Below, one piece after another: positions 38,767-47,128 of a DNA stretch of 64,000 nt. Positions within the stretch are counted from its first letter, which is position 1. Each line of letters starts with the position of its first letter. Position numbers and translations under genes: made by a program. This DNA comes from Candidatus Saccharimonadales bacterium (GTDB taxonomy: Bacteria; Patescibacteriota; Saccharimonadia; Saccharimonadales; OMJO01), in contig DATIID010000001.1 in NCBI GenBank assembly GCA_035480035.1, forward strand, positions 73,323 through 137,322, given 5' to 3'. Below the pieces are notes generated by a model that worked only from the letters and a program-made list of their open reading frames with translations, searched no databases and had not been told where the DNA came from.

Positions 38767-39402
38767 TTAATTGGAAGCGTTTGTGCTGTTATGTATAGGT
38801 ATATCGCCTAGTATGCTAAGGCTTATATTAGCTACTCGCATTGAGTGGCCCGCGGCGACATTTTCAATACGGACCTTAATCTTAATTTGAGAACCCGGCA
38901 CAAAATTAGCCCTGTACTTCACTGGTTTGGTACAAAACTCTTGATAAGATGTCGAACCCTTGAGTGGCTGAAGTAATGAAGCTCCAGAACCTACTAAATT
39001 AATCCAGGCATTCTCAGCCGCAGCGCTTTTATCCCGTCGTATCAGTGCGCATACAAAATAGGAAGTGGCTTGCTTGGGTCTGGAAAGATAAAATGTGGTT
39101 TCTACTCCTGTTCCGCTACCATTTTTGCTGTTATAAGACGGTGGCAACTGATAGACCGATGTACCACTTGCAACCTGTCTGCTTTGATCGATAGTTTCTT
39201 TCACAGTATAAGGAACAGTTAACCCTTTGCCGGCATATGGTGTCATTTGTATAGGCAGACTAGTTTCCTTACTCATTACAGTAGTCGCAGCGTGACTAGC
39301 TCCTAGATATACTGCACCGCTGATTGAAAACATTGCCACCACAACTACTGCCATTACTTGCCTAGAAGCTAAAACTCTTTTGTATAAAACTCTGATGTCC
39401 AT
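38767..39402 (-). CDS. Secreted protein, uncharacterised paralog family, copy 1
   Basis: Signal/TM ending GASHAA. Shared blocks PYTVKETID, TSVYQLPPS, CALIRRDKSAAAE, HSMRVANISL. Only 41 nt after copy 2, so probably co-transcribed. Confidence 0.7.
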   Translation of the reverse strand: MDIRVLYKRVLASRQVMAVVVVAMFSISGAVYLGASHAATTVMSKETSLPIQMTPYAGKGLTVPYTVKETIDQSRQVASGTSVYQLPPSYNSKNGSGTGVETTFYLSRPKQATSYFVCALIRRDKSAAAENAWINLVGSGASLLQPLKGSTSYQEFCTKPVKYRANFVPGSQIKIKVRIENVAAGHSMRVANISLSILGDIPIHNSTNASN

Positions 39403-39443
39403 GTTTATCCTTTTATTTTTTTGATGTTGATTACCAAATACTT

Positions 39444-40103
39444 CTAGTAAGATGTTTGGACTAATATTATGCTAGCAACCCGCATAGCATGCGGAGCAGC
39501 ATTATTTGTTACCCGGCCGTTAATAACATAACCAGGGTTTAAGTTGGCCTCAAAGAATAAAGTGTTCGTGCACGCATAGTAATAGCCATTGGTACCAGGA
39601 AGTGAATATTCAGTCGATACATTACGAGCAACCATCATAACCGACATGCGTTCGGCTGGTGCAGTCCTGTCTCGTCTAACTAAAGCGCAGATCTTATAAC
39701 CAGTTATTTTTGATGGATAAACGTGGAATGTATTACCTGTTTCCACAGAAGTTGTACCACTGACGCTGTTGCTTAGACGCTTTGATGCCGGTAATTGGTA
39801 AACAGTTTGGCCGGTTGCTACAAGGCCGTCAGTATCTAGCAATTCTTGCACGGTATAGGGCATAACCAAACCGACGCTAGCATAAGGTTTCATAGACCAA
39901 TAATTAGCTGTTTTAACTGCCTTACCAGGTAGCCGAACCGTTAAAGATGGAGGTAAAAAAGATTGAGGGGCTGTAACTGCATGACTAGCTTGCAAGTAAG
40001 CGGCCCCAAAATATGAAAATAAGCCAATTACCGCCACTCCAATGAAGGATTTAAGCGCGATTAATTTATATGATTGGCCGAAAGACTGTTTTTTAGAAGC
40101 CAT
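39444..40103 (-). CDS. Secreted protein, uncharacterised paralog family, copy 2
   Basis: Signal/TM ending QASHAV. Blocks PYTVQELLD, TVYQLPAS, CALVRRDRTAPAE, HAMRVASIIL. AAAAGGAAA SD. Confidence 0.7.
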   Translation of the reverse strand: MASKKQSFGQSYKLIALKSFIGVAVIGLFSYFGAAYLQASHAVTAPQSFLPPSLTVRLPGKAVKTANYWSMKPYASVGLVMPYTVQELLDTDGLVATGQTVYQLPASKRLSNSVSGTTSVETGNTFHVYPSKITGYKICALVRRDRTAPAERMSVMMVARNVSTEYSLPGTNGYYYACTNTLFFEANLNPGYVINGRVTNNAAPHAMRVASIILVQTSY

Positions 40104-40142
40104 TTTTTAGTTTCCTTTTATTTTTTAAAGCTTATAACACTC

Positions 40143-40170
40143 ATGTTAAGACGTTTCTAAGTTATGTCAA
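40143..40170 (-). promoter_or_regulatory. Promoter of paralog copy 2 (duplicated block)
   Basis: - strand: TTGACA (40170-40165), 16 nt, TAACAT (40148-40143). The ~45-nt block 40131-40171 is near-identical to 41043-41083. Confidence 0.5.
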
Positions 40171-40195
40171 GCCGTGGCGTGGATCTCTTGTCTAT

Positions 40196-41017
40196 TTAAT
40201 ATAAATTATTCGTACTGTTATTGATTGGTAAAGTAACTTGTCGTTGCAGCTTAATATATGCAACTCGCATGGCGTGTTTAGCATTTACATTTATAACCTT
40301 TGCGATAATATCCATACCATTCAGAGATGGGTTGTAAGTCTGCCAACCAGTACATTGATCAGAATAACCGGTCGATCCCGCTAAGGAGTAGTTAACTATG
40401 GTCTTACCCATAGATACTTGTAAACCTTCATTTGGCGCGGTTTGGTCGCGCCTGACCTCGGCACATATTCGGTATAACGAAGGAACTGGTGGATTAACGT
40501 GAAATTTAGTTGATACCCATGTTTGACCAACAAAAGGCAGCACTTGGCAGCCTCCAGTGCTATCCCATATGAATACTATGCCACCGTTTGTAGTACCGAT
40601 TATTTTCAAGATGTAACAACGACCGGCAATAAATGTGCCGGTATCAATTCGATAAGTGTTGTTTGTGGGACATGGACCCACCTGATTAGACGGAGAGTAA
40701 ATCGGAGCATTACATTGTGCCGTCGAATAGCTACGATAACTGGCTGGTAAATGGTAAACCGTAGAGCCAGCATTAACATAATAAGTGTCAATGGTTTCCT
40801 TAACAGTATAAGGCAAAACGTTACCTCGATTGGCGCCAGGGGTCATAACGTGGAAATCAGCATACTTTACAGTAATATAGCCACTGGCCGCGTGGCTTCC
40901 TCGTAAATAGATACCACCGGCAATCGAGAAAATAGCTACAACTAATAGTGCAATTAACGGCCGATTGGGTGTGAGTTTCTGGTACCATTTGGCGCTAGTT
41001 TTTTTATTAGTTGCCAT
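40196..41017 (-). CDS. Secreted protein, uncharacterised paralog family, copy 3 (with ~60-aa Cys-containing insertion)
   Basis: Signal/TM ending RGSHAA. Blocks PYTVKETID, TVYHLPAS, CAEVRRDQTAPNE, HAMRVAYIKL. Its C-terminal LPINNSTN is shared with copy 1 (IPIHNSTN). Confidence 0.7.
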   Translation of the reverse strand: MATNKKTSAKWYQKLTPNRPLIALLVVAIFSIAGGIYLRGSHAASGYITVKYADFHVMTPGANRGNVLPYTVKETIDTYYVNAGSTVYHLPASYRSYSTAQCNAPIYSPSNQVGPCPTNNTYRIDTGTFIAGRCYILKIIGTTNGGIVFIWDSTGGCQVLPFVGQTWVSTKFHVNPPVPSLYRICAEVRRDQTAPNEGLQVSMGKTIVNYSLAGSTGYSDQCTGWQTYNPSLNGMDIIAKVINVNAKHAMRVAYIKLQRQVTLPINNSTNNLY

Positions 41018-41054
41018 TTTTAGATTTCCTTTTGTTTTTGTGCTTATATCACTT

Positions 41055-41082
41055 ATGTTAAGGCGTTTCTAAGTTTAGTCAA
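41055..41082 (-). promoter_or_regulatory. Promoter of paralog copy 3 (duplicated block)
   Basis: - strand: TTGACT (41082-41077), 16 nt, TAACAT (41060-41055), then AAAAGGAAA SD. Confidence 0.5.
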
Positions 41083-41089
41083 GCTAGAC

Positions 41090-41098
41090 TGTGGATAA
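41090..41098 (-). promoter_or_regulatory. Perfect DnaA-box 9-mer immediately upstream of the copy-3 promoter
   Basis: TGTGGATAA on the + strand, i.e. TTATCCACA in the gene orientation, 7 nt upstream of the -35. Confidence 0.3.
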
Positions 41099-41112
41099 TT
41101 AAGATATTTAAA

Positions 41113-42078
41113 TTAGTCTGATTGGTCACTTTGTTGAAATGGCAAACACATATCAACAAACTTCTGGTAGTCAATACGTCCATGAAGAATAGCTCCTAAC
41201 CCTTTTGCGTTCAATTCTTTAATGAGCGGCGGAGAAGGACGATAAGGATCTAGCGGATCTATCCCAAATTCTTGTCTTGCCCTTTCTACACCCACTTGTA
41301 CAACTCCGTGATCGCCTGCCCGAGTTAAATCTAACAGTTGCTCTTTAGATTTGTTCTGTAGTCGGTCAACGGATAGGATTGAACCAATGTGATAGGCCTC
41401 TAACTCCCCTCTTAATTCCTGCATATCAACTGATTTTTGAGAGTGGTATAACAAAACAGGTTTTCTTTCAATCTGTTCAACGTGAACTAATTCGTGAGCG
41501 ACATCTTCGGGTCGGGAGTGCTTTCTATCATGTTTTATAGTGAACGTTATCATTGGCTTCATCTTAACTAAGGCAATTCCCTTGTCTGGACCATTCAAAA
41601 AAGCAAGTCTTATTCTGTGTTCAGCATCTAAGACGCTGGCCAACGTACCAGTATAGGCCTCAGTTAGATCGGGGATTGTGAAAACAGTAGCTGGTGAATC
41701 AGGTTCGTGAGCAACAAGTTTGTTGTAGACCTGATCTACGCTGTATGGCGAGCGTGGTTCCCATAATTCAAACTGTCTTTGAGTATTGGCTTGTTGGGTT
41801 TGCGTCTGCCGATCAAAATCGTCTGATACTGTAAATGACTCACCAGGATAGACAGCAGTGATCGGTAAAACTTCATCATCCTTATATTCATTCGGCAGTA
41901 GAACTTGTCCATTACTAATATTGGCCACCACTACAGCCGACAATCTCTTCGTAAATTTGGTGGCCAAACTACCTAATCTCTGATTAATGTCTGGCTCTCT
42001 GAACGATTCAATGGCGCGGTCAATAGTACGATCAATATATTGATGCCGTTCATGTGTTTCGCCTGACACCACTTTCAT
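41113..42078 (-). CDS. Hypothetical cytoplasmic protein with HExxH metalloprotease-like motif
   Basis: VAHELVHVEQ (HExxH) with a downstream EAYH. No signal peptide. I prefer ATG 42078 over the tracked TTG 42087: TTGACT (42113-42108), 16 nt, TACATT (42091-42086), 7 nt, ATG. Confidence 0.6.
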   Translation of the reverse strand: MKVVSGETHERHQYIDRTIDRAIESFREPDINQRLGSLATKFTKRLSAVVVANISNGQVLLPNEYKDDEVLPITAVYPGESFTVSDDFDRQTQTQQANTQRQFELWEPRSPYSVDQVYNKLVAHEPDSPATVFTIPDLTEAYTGTLASVLDAEHRIRLAFLNGPDKGIALVKMKPMITFTIKHDRKHSRPEDVAHELVHVEQIERKPVLLYHSQKSVDMQELRGELEAYHIGSILSVDRLQNKSKEQLLDLTRAGDHGVVQVGVERARQEFGIDPLDPYRPSPPLIKELNAKGLGAILHGRIDYQKFVDMCLPFQQSDQSD

Positions 42079-42125
42079 GTTAAGCAATGTACAGTTTTAA
42101 CTCAACTAGTCAATATTATAATTAG

Positions 42126-44408
42126 CTATTTTTTGCGAAAAGGTCGTTTATTTTTGGCCGGTGCTTCAGCTAGTAGTTTTTTGGCTTCGGCCTCAGTTAT
42201 CTTGGCCGGATCGGTTTCTTTAGCAATTTTGGCATTTTTCTTGCCATCGGTCACATAAGGTCCATATGGTCCATTCACAACACTGATACCACCTTCAAAC
42301 TTGGCAATATATTTATCGGCTTCTTTCTGAAGTTTTTCGGCATACAGTTTGCGGGCTTCACTCTCCGTTATTTTATACGGATCTAGCGGTTTGATTGAGA
42401 CAAATGTCTTGCCGACTTTTACATATGGACCAAACCGACCAATGTTAGCTTGAATCTCCTCGCCTTGCTCGGTTTGACCAACAACCCGTGGTAATTGCAA
42501 CATTTCAAGTGCCTGCTCTAGCGTTACATCGTCTAACTCTACACCCGTTGGCAACGGTGCAAAATCAGGCTTCTCTTCACTCTCAGTCTCGCCACGCTGG
42601 ATCATTGGACCATAACGGCCGTAACGAACCATAATCGGCTGGCCAGTCTTAGGGTCTTTGCCAAGTTCCCTGGCCTGAGTCGCTTCTTGGCGACTAACTT
42701 TTTCCGAACTTTTAACTAACGGATGAAAATGCTTGTAAAAATCTTCAAGTGTTTTAGTCCATTCCCGTTTGCCATCGGCAATATCATCAAATTCTTCTTC
42801 GGCTTTAGCCGTGAAGTCGTAATCGACTATCGAAGCAAAATTCTTGACCAAAAAATCGGTGGTTACATCGGCCATAGCTGTCGGCAGTAGTTTATTTTTG
42901 TCGGCACCATAAGTTTCATCAATCGTTTGTTCAGTAATTTTGCCGTTTTTCAGCAGCAGCTGTTGGACCTGTCGGACTTGACCTTCCAGATCAGTTTTTT
43001 CAATATATCCTCGAGTTTGAATCGTGCTAATAGTTGGTGCATAGGTGCTCGGCCGACCAATTCCTAACTCTTCTAGTTGCTTGACCAAACTGGCTTCAGA
43101 ATATCGAGCTGGCGGTTTAGAAAAAGCTTGTATTGCAGCCATCTCTGTTAAATCAAGTTTTTGTCCGGTTTCGACCTGTGGCAATATGGTATCGGCTTTG
43201 CCCTTGCCGTAAACCTTTAGAAAGCCATCGAATTTTAAGACTTCTCCCTTAGCTAAAAACAGTTCTGGACCAGCCGAGCTAGCAATTGTAACTTCGGTAC
43301 GATCAAGTTCAGCCGGTGCCATCTGACTAGCTATTGCTCGTTGCCAGATTAACTGGTAAAGCTTGCCCTGGCCATCATCGTCACCGGCTGATAATCGGCT
43401 AAAATCTGTCGGTCGAATGGCCTCGTGGGCCTCTTGGGCGTTGGTGGCTTTGGCCTCAAATTGACGGCTTTGGTGATAATTAGCCCCATAGGCGGCTTTT
43501 ATTTGCGTTTCAGCAGCTTTTATGGCAAAAGTTGATAAAACCGGGCTATCGGTTCGCATGTAGGTTATATGGCCACTTTCGTACAGTCGTTGAGCCAGTG
43601 TCATGGTTTGTCGGACACCATAACCTAATTTACGGCTGGCTTCCTGCTGAAGTGTACTGGTCGTAAACGGTGCTGAGGGGTTACGACTGCCAGGTTTTTG
43701 ATCAACGGTCTTAACGCTAAAATCAGCATCCTTGCTCTTATCTAGAAATTTATTGGCATCTGGCTGGTTATTTAATTTATCAATTAGCTCAGCGATTAAT
43801 TCACCGCCACTGGCTTTAAAGGTTGCGCTGACTTTATAAACTGATTTTGGCTGGAAATCTTTGATTTCGCGTTCGCGCTCGACAATTAATCGTACGGCGA
43901 CTGATTGTACCCGGCCGGCACTTAAACCGGGACGTACCTTTTTCCAGAGAACCGGACTGAGCTCATAGCCCACTAAACGGTCTAAAATGCGTCGGGTTTG
44001 CTGAGCATCAACCAGGTGCATATCAATATCACGGGGGTTTGCCACAGCGTTTTCTATGGCTGACTTGGTAATTTCATGAAAGACAATCCGTTTAGTATTA
44101 GTCGGCTTGAGCTTAAGTGTCTCACTGAGATGCCAAGCAATCGCCTCACCTTCACGGTCGCTATCGCTGGCTAACCAGATGGTATCGGCACCCTGACTGG
44201 CTTTTTTTAAATCGCTAATTACTTTCTTCTTATCCGGGCTTATCTCATAGGTTGGCTTAAAATGATGCTCGATATCAATATTTAGCCCTTTTTTAGGCAA
44301 GTCACGGACGTGACCAAAGCTGCTTTTAACAGAGTAATCTTTACCTAAATAACGTTCAATCGTCTTGGCTTTGGCTGGCGATTCAACAATCACTAAGTTT
44401 TTCGGCAT
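42126..44408 (-). CDS. topA: DNA topoisomerase I
   Basis: Toprim LVIVESPAKAKTI and DREGE, catalytic Tyr in ITYMRTDS. C-terminal Cys-less repeats (GRFGPYVKVG, NGPYGPYVTDG). Confidence 0.97.
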   Translation of the reverse strand: MPKNLVIVESPAKAKTIERYLGKDYSVKSSFGHVRDLPKKGLNIDIEHHFKPTYEISPDKKKVISDLKKASQGADTIWLASDSDREGEAIAWHLSETLKLKPTNTKRIVFHEITKSAIENAVANPRDIDMHLVDAQQTRRILDRLVGYELSPVLWKKVRPGLSAGRVQSVAVRLIVEREREIKDFQPKSVYKVSATFKASGGELIAELIDKLNNQPDANKFLDKSKDADFSVKTVDQKPGSRNPSAPFTTSTLQQEASRKLGYGVRQTMTLAQRLYESGHITYMRTDSPVLSTFAIKAAETQIKAAYGANYHQSRQFEAKATNAQEAHEAIRPTDFSRLSAGDDDGQGKLYQLIWQRAIASQMAPAELDRTEVTIASSAGPELFLAKGEVLKFDGFLKVYGKGKADTILPQVETGQKLDLTEMAAIQAFSKPPARYSEASLVKQLEELGIGRPSTYAPTISTIQTRGYIEKTDLEGQVRQVQQLLLKNGKITEQTIDETYGADKNKLLPTAMADVTTDFLVKNFASIVDYDFTAKAEEEFDDIADGKREWTKTLEDFYKHFHPLVKSSEKVSRQEATQARELGKDPKTGQPIMVRYGRYGPMIQRGETESEEKPDFAPLPTGVELDDVTLEQALEMLQLPRVVGQTEQGEEIQANIGRFGPYVKVGKTFVSIKPLDPYKITESEARKLYAEKLQKEADKYIAKFEGGISVVNGPYGPYVTDGKKNAKIAKETDPAKITEAEAKKLLAEAPAKNKRPFRKK

Positions 44409-44462
44409 TCTTTAATCTTTAGCGTATACGACTTAATAATGCAACTTAAAATCGCGTCGGTT

Positions 44463-44666
44463 TTAGAGCTGTGATAATTTATAACCGGCCCAAACACCCA
44501 CAAATCCGCCAAGTGTGCCGGCCACAATACCCCAGAGGCCGAAAAAATTACCATGATCAAACAAACTACCAATCCAGCTACCGGCGGTGGAGCCGACAAA
44601 AATGCCAACATAGATAAGTGATTTAGCACCCATGCTAGCGATTATACTACTTATGCCAATCGCCAA
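44463..44666 (-). CDS. Small glycine-zipper membrane protein (GlsB/YeaQ/YmgE-like)
   Basis: 67 aa, two Gly-rich TM helices (GIFVGSTAGSWIGS, GIVAGTLGGFVGVWAG). Overlaps the dprA stop by 16 nt. Confidence 0.6.
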   Translation of the reverse strand: MAIGISSIIASMGAKSLIYVGIFVGSTAGSWIGSLFDHGNFFGLWGIVAGTLGGFVGVWAGYKLSQL

Positions 44667-45508
44667 TTACCGGCACCGAGTGGCTTAATCTTGCCAGTGA
44701 TTTCCAGCATACTCAGGGTTTGATTGAAAGCTGGGATGGCAAGCTGACTCTTGATTTGCAGTTCAGCACTATCAGTTATGCCTTGTCTAAGCTGGGCTAA
44801 AATCGCTTCCTCATGTTCATTGGCGCCTTGGATTGACCTGGTTACACGAGTCGAGACCAGTCCCATGGCCATTAATACATCGTCAGTCGAGGTTACTGGT
44901 ATAGCGCCTGCTTTGATTAAATTATTAGTACCCTGACTTGTTAGACTGGTAATGTTTCCGGGTACCGCCATAACTGTCCGGCCTTGGTCAAGGGCAAAAT
45001 TGGCGGTGTGTAAGCTACCGCTCTTTTCAGCCGCTTCCGTGATTAATACCGCATCGCTGAGTCCTGAAATAATCCGATTGCGAGCAATAAACTGATAACC
45101 GAGTGGTTCAGTCTCCTCTGGGTATTCACTAATAATTACTCCACCACTTTGTAGAATTCGGTTAGCTAAATGATAGTGTGATTTAGGATAAATTCGCTCA
45201 ACACCACATGCTAGTACGGCTACCGTACAGCCATCGGCGTCTAATGCTGCCTGATGGGCAATGCTGTCGATCCCCAGTGCTAAACCACTAATGATTACAA
45301 TTCCTCGACTGGCTAAATCACTAACAATTTTTATGGTTACAGCTCGGCCGTAAGGGCTGGCTTTGCGACTGCCGACCACTGCTAGTCGGGGCAAATTGGC
45401 AAAGTTTTCTAAATTACCACGGTAAAATAGTTGTTTCGGTGGATTAGCGATATGTCTAAATTCAGTTGGTAAAAACTTCGAATTAAGCTTTAGCGTATTG
45501 ACAATCAT
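44651..45508 (-). CDS. dprA: DNA processing protein DprA (Smf)
   Basis: Rossmann-like core AVVGSRKASPYG...ISGLALGIDSIAHQAAL...GSLHTANFALDQGR. Confidence 0.9.
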   Translation of the reverse strand: MIVNTLKLNSKFLPTEFRHIANPPKQLFYRGNLENFANLPRLAVVGSRKASPYGRAVTIKIVSDLASRGIVIISGLALGIDSIAHQAALDADGCTVAVLACGVERIYPKSHYHLANRILQSGGVIISEYPEETEPLGYQFIARNRIISGLSDAVLITEAAEKSGSLHTANFALDQGRTVMAVPGNITSLTSQGTNNLIKAGAIPVTSTDDVLMAMGLVSTRVTRSIQGANEHEEAILAQLRQGITDSAELQIKSQLAIPAFNQTLSMLEITGKIKPLGAGNWRLA

Positions 45509-45527
45509 TTACAATTATTAAGTGGTA

Positions 45528-45556
45528 TTGACATAATGAAACATATTTGCTAAAAT
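45528..45556 (+). promoter_or_regulatory. Near-consensus promoter driving the candidate ncRNA
   Basis: TTGACA (45528-45533), 17 nt, TAAAAT (45551-45556). Confidence 0.6.
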
Positions 45557-45562
45557 TGCAAT

Positions 45563-45931
45563 TCGTAAATCCATGTTAGTGGATTTTATGTACCTTATAC
45601 CCATTCTAACTCTTCTCACGTCCGCGTGAGAAGCAACGTTAGATTGTTTTAGAGCGTGCTATCTAAGTTGTTACCCTCCACTTTTCTAGCTAGCTGGTTT
45701 GACCAGCAGCGTTCTAAAACAAACTAACCCCTTTAAGACACCCCATATAGCGTTTACGCAGTATGGTGGTTCACTTCGGTGGGCCGATAGTGCGAGTCCC
45801 AAAGATTCCTGCCACTAGTGGCGGGAGGCACATCACTTAATTTGATTATGGTGTTTGATGCTTCGCCGGGTGGGCTTGAAGGGTGTAAAAGGTCTCCAGC
45901 GGTGCCCACCCCCTCTGGAGACCTTTTAGAT
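45563..45931 (+). ncRNA. Candidate ~370-nt highly structured non-coding RNA, family unknown
   Basis: No ORF of 60 aa or more on either strand. At least 6 hand-foldable helices, including a 19-position long-range helix and a C(UUCG)G tetraloop hairpin. Bounded by a strong promoter and an intrinsic terminator. Confidence 0.5.
45887..45931 (+). terminator. Intrinsic terminator of the candidate ncRNA
   Basis: GGTCTCCAG (45891-45899) pairs with CTGGAGACC (45915-45923), extendable by A4/T4. 15-nt loop, followed by TTTTAGATTTT. Confidence 0.8.
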
Positions 45932-45969
45932 TTTACAGATTATTAAATAGATGTTAGAGTATCCTACGC

Positions 45970-46719
45970 ATGTCAGAAATTATTACCGAACAACCAACTC
46001 GGCTTTTAGCCGAAGATTATTATCAAAATCCTGAACAATTTAAGATAAACCGGCCATTGCACCTTTTGGCCCGTAAAGTGTTATTGCCATCGATGGCTGT
46101 ATTGCATGGTCGAACTAATGTCTTAGCTCCCGAAACCAACCTCGCTGAACTTGAAAAACCAGTCGTTATCGCGGCGACGCACCGCTCTTGGGAAGATATT
46201 CCCCGCACCGTGGCTGCCACGCGCGAGGTCGGCCTAAGGCCAATCCGATTTGTTTTTAAAGCTGAACTAAATAAACCACGAGCCTTGGGCTACTTATTTG
46301 AGAAATTGGGTGGTGTGGCGGTTGAACGCCATGAACCAGATACTGGCGGACTGTTTAAAGTCCTTGGCGGTTTCTTAGATGAAGGCGATAATGTCGCGAT
46401 CTATCCTGAAGCAACTCGCAAACGTGAAGACGTTCGGCGGCTTGGCGAGTTAAAACCTGGTGCTTCAGTCTTAGCTGGCCGACGCAACTTGCCAATGGTG
46501 CCATTAGCAATTGCCGGTATGGCGGACGGCGAGCACCCAACCATGCGAGGCCGAATGCCAGTAGTGGCGGTCTTTGGTGAACCAATTACCCGTGAGGTAG
46601 CCGGTTCAGTCAAAGAGATGCAAGCGGCTCTCGAAATCAGCCTCCAGAACTGTCTGGATGAGGCTTACGAACAACGCGAACTCTACAGCAGTGACTTTAT
46701 TCAAAAAATTGGGGTGTAA
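45970..46719 (+). CDS. plsC: 1-acyl-sn-glycerol-3-phosphate acyltransferase family (PlsC-like)
   Basis: HX4D motif ATHRSWEDIP and block III YPEATRKR. TGtTAGAGT -10 (45952-45960) lies 9 nt before the ATG. Confidence 0.85.
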   Translation: MSEIITEQPTRLLAEDYYQNPEQFKINRPLHLLARKVLLPSMAVLHGRTNVLAPETNLAELEKPVVIAATHRSWEDIPRTVAATREVGLRPIRFVFKAELNKPRALGYLFEKLGGVAVERHEPDTGGLFKVLGGFLDEGDNVAIYPEATRKREDVRRLGELKPGASVLAGRRNLPMVPLAIAGMADGEHPTMRGRMPVVAVFGEPITREVAGSVKEMQAALEISLQNCLDEAYEQRELYSSDFIQKIGV

Positions 46720-46728
46720 TATAAAACT

Positions 46729-47058
46729 ATGCAAGCCGATAAAGAACTTGGAGTTTTTTACTTGACCAGTAGCGAAGCTCTCTTGATTGATGTCGACCAA
46801 AAACGAACCGTCCGACCGATTCGCGAAGCCTATGACATTGCCAATGATGCTTTGTTAGCATTAACGTTATATAGCGCTTATTGCCCACAGGAAATGTATC
46901 CTGAACAACCGGCTCTACGTCAATTTGCTGAAGAAAACCGCCATCGTAGCATTCGATTAGCTCAAGGGATTTTAAAAGCCGCGGAAGTTGAAATTGACTG
47001 GGAATCAGCTCAGGAGCGGTTGGTTAGTACTTTCGAAGCCTATATAAGTGATAAATGA
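46729..47058 (+). CDS. Hypothetical protein (109 aa)
   Basis: ORF only. TAATAT (46717-46722) lies 6 nt before the ATG. Confidence 0.5.
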   Translation: MQADKELGVFYLTSSEALLIDVDQKRTVRPIREAYDIANDALLALTLYSAYCPQEMYPEQPALRQFAEENRHRSIRLAQGILKAAEVEIDWESAQERLVSTFEAYISDK

Positions 47059-47128
47059 CCAAGTGTCGGCTTAGGCGTTGTTATACGATTGAAATTATCA
47101 GACAATCCAATTCCCTAATCTAGTAACT

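Noticed and set aside
44393-44629. 78-aa ORF overlapping ORF 44463-44666 in another frame
   Set aside because: Both are on the - strand. The 67-aa frame gives a coherent two-helix glycine-zipper membrane protein, and the other looks like its out-of-frame shadow. Confidence is moderate only.
45780-45930. Possible cobalamin riboswitch or T-box in the candidate ncRNA (GCCACTAG resembles the B12-box GCCACTG; GGTGGTTCAC resembles the T-box GGTGGTAC)
   Set aside because: Only short partial matches. The flanking conserved cores (GGTG..AA.CC...CCCGCCACTG, AGAGA/specifier architecture) are absent. The downstream gene is an acyltransferase with its own promoter after the terminator.
45563-45931. Candidate ncRNA as RNase P RNA, tmRNA, SRP RNA or 6S RNA
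   Set aside because: I found no GAGGAAAGTCC / ACAnAA..GGCTTA (RNase P). There is no tRNA-like acceptor/T-arm with ACCA end or Ala-resume tag ORF (tmRNA). There is no domain IV GGAA tetraloop motif context (SRP). The 5' and 3' ends do not pair into a long 6S-like rod. This is not decisive without covariance-model search.
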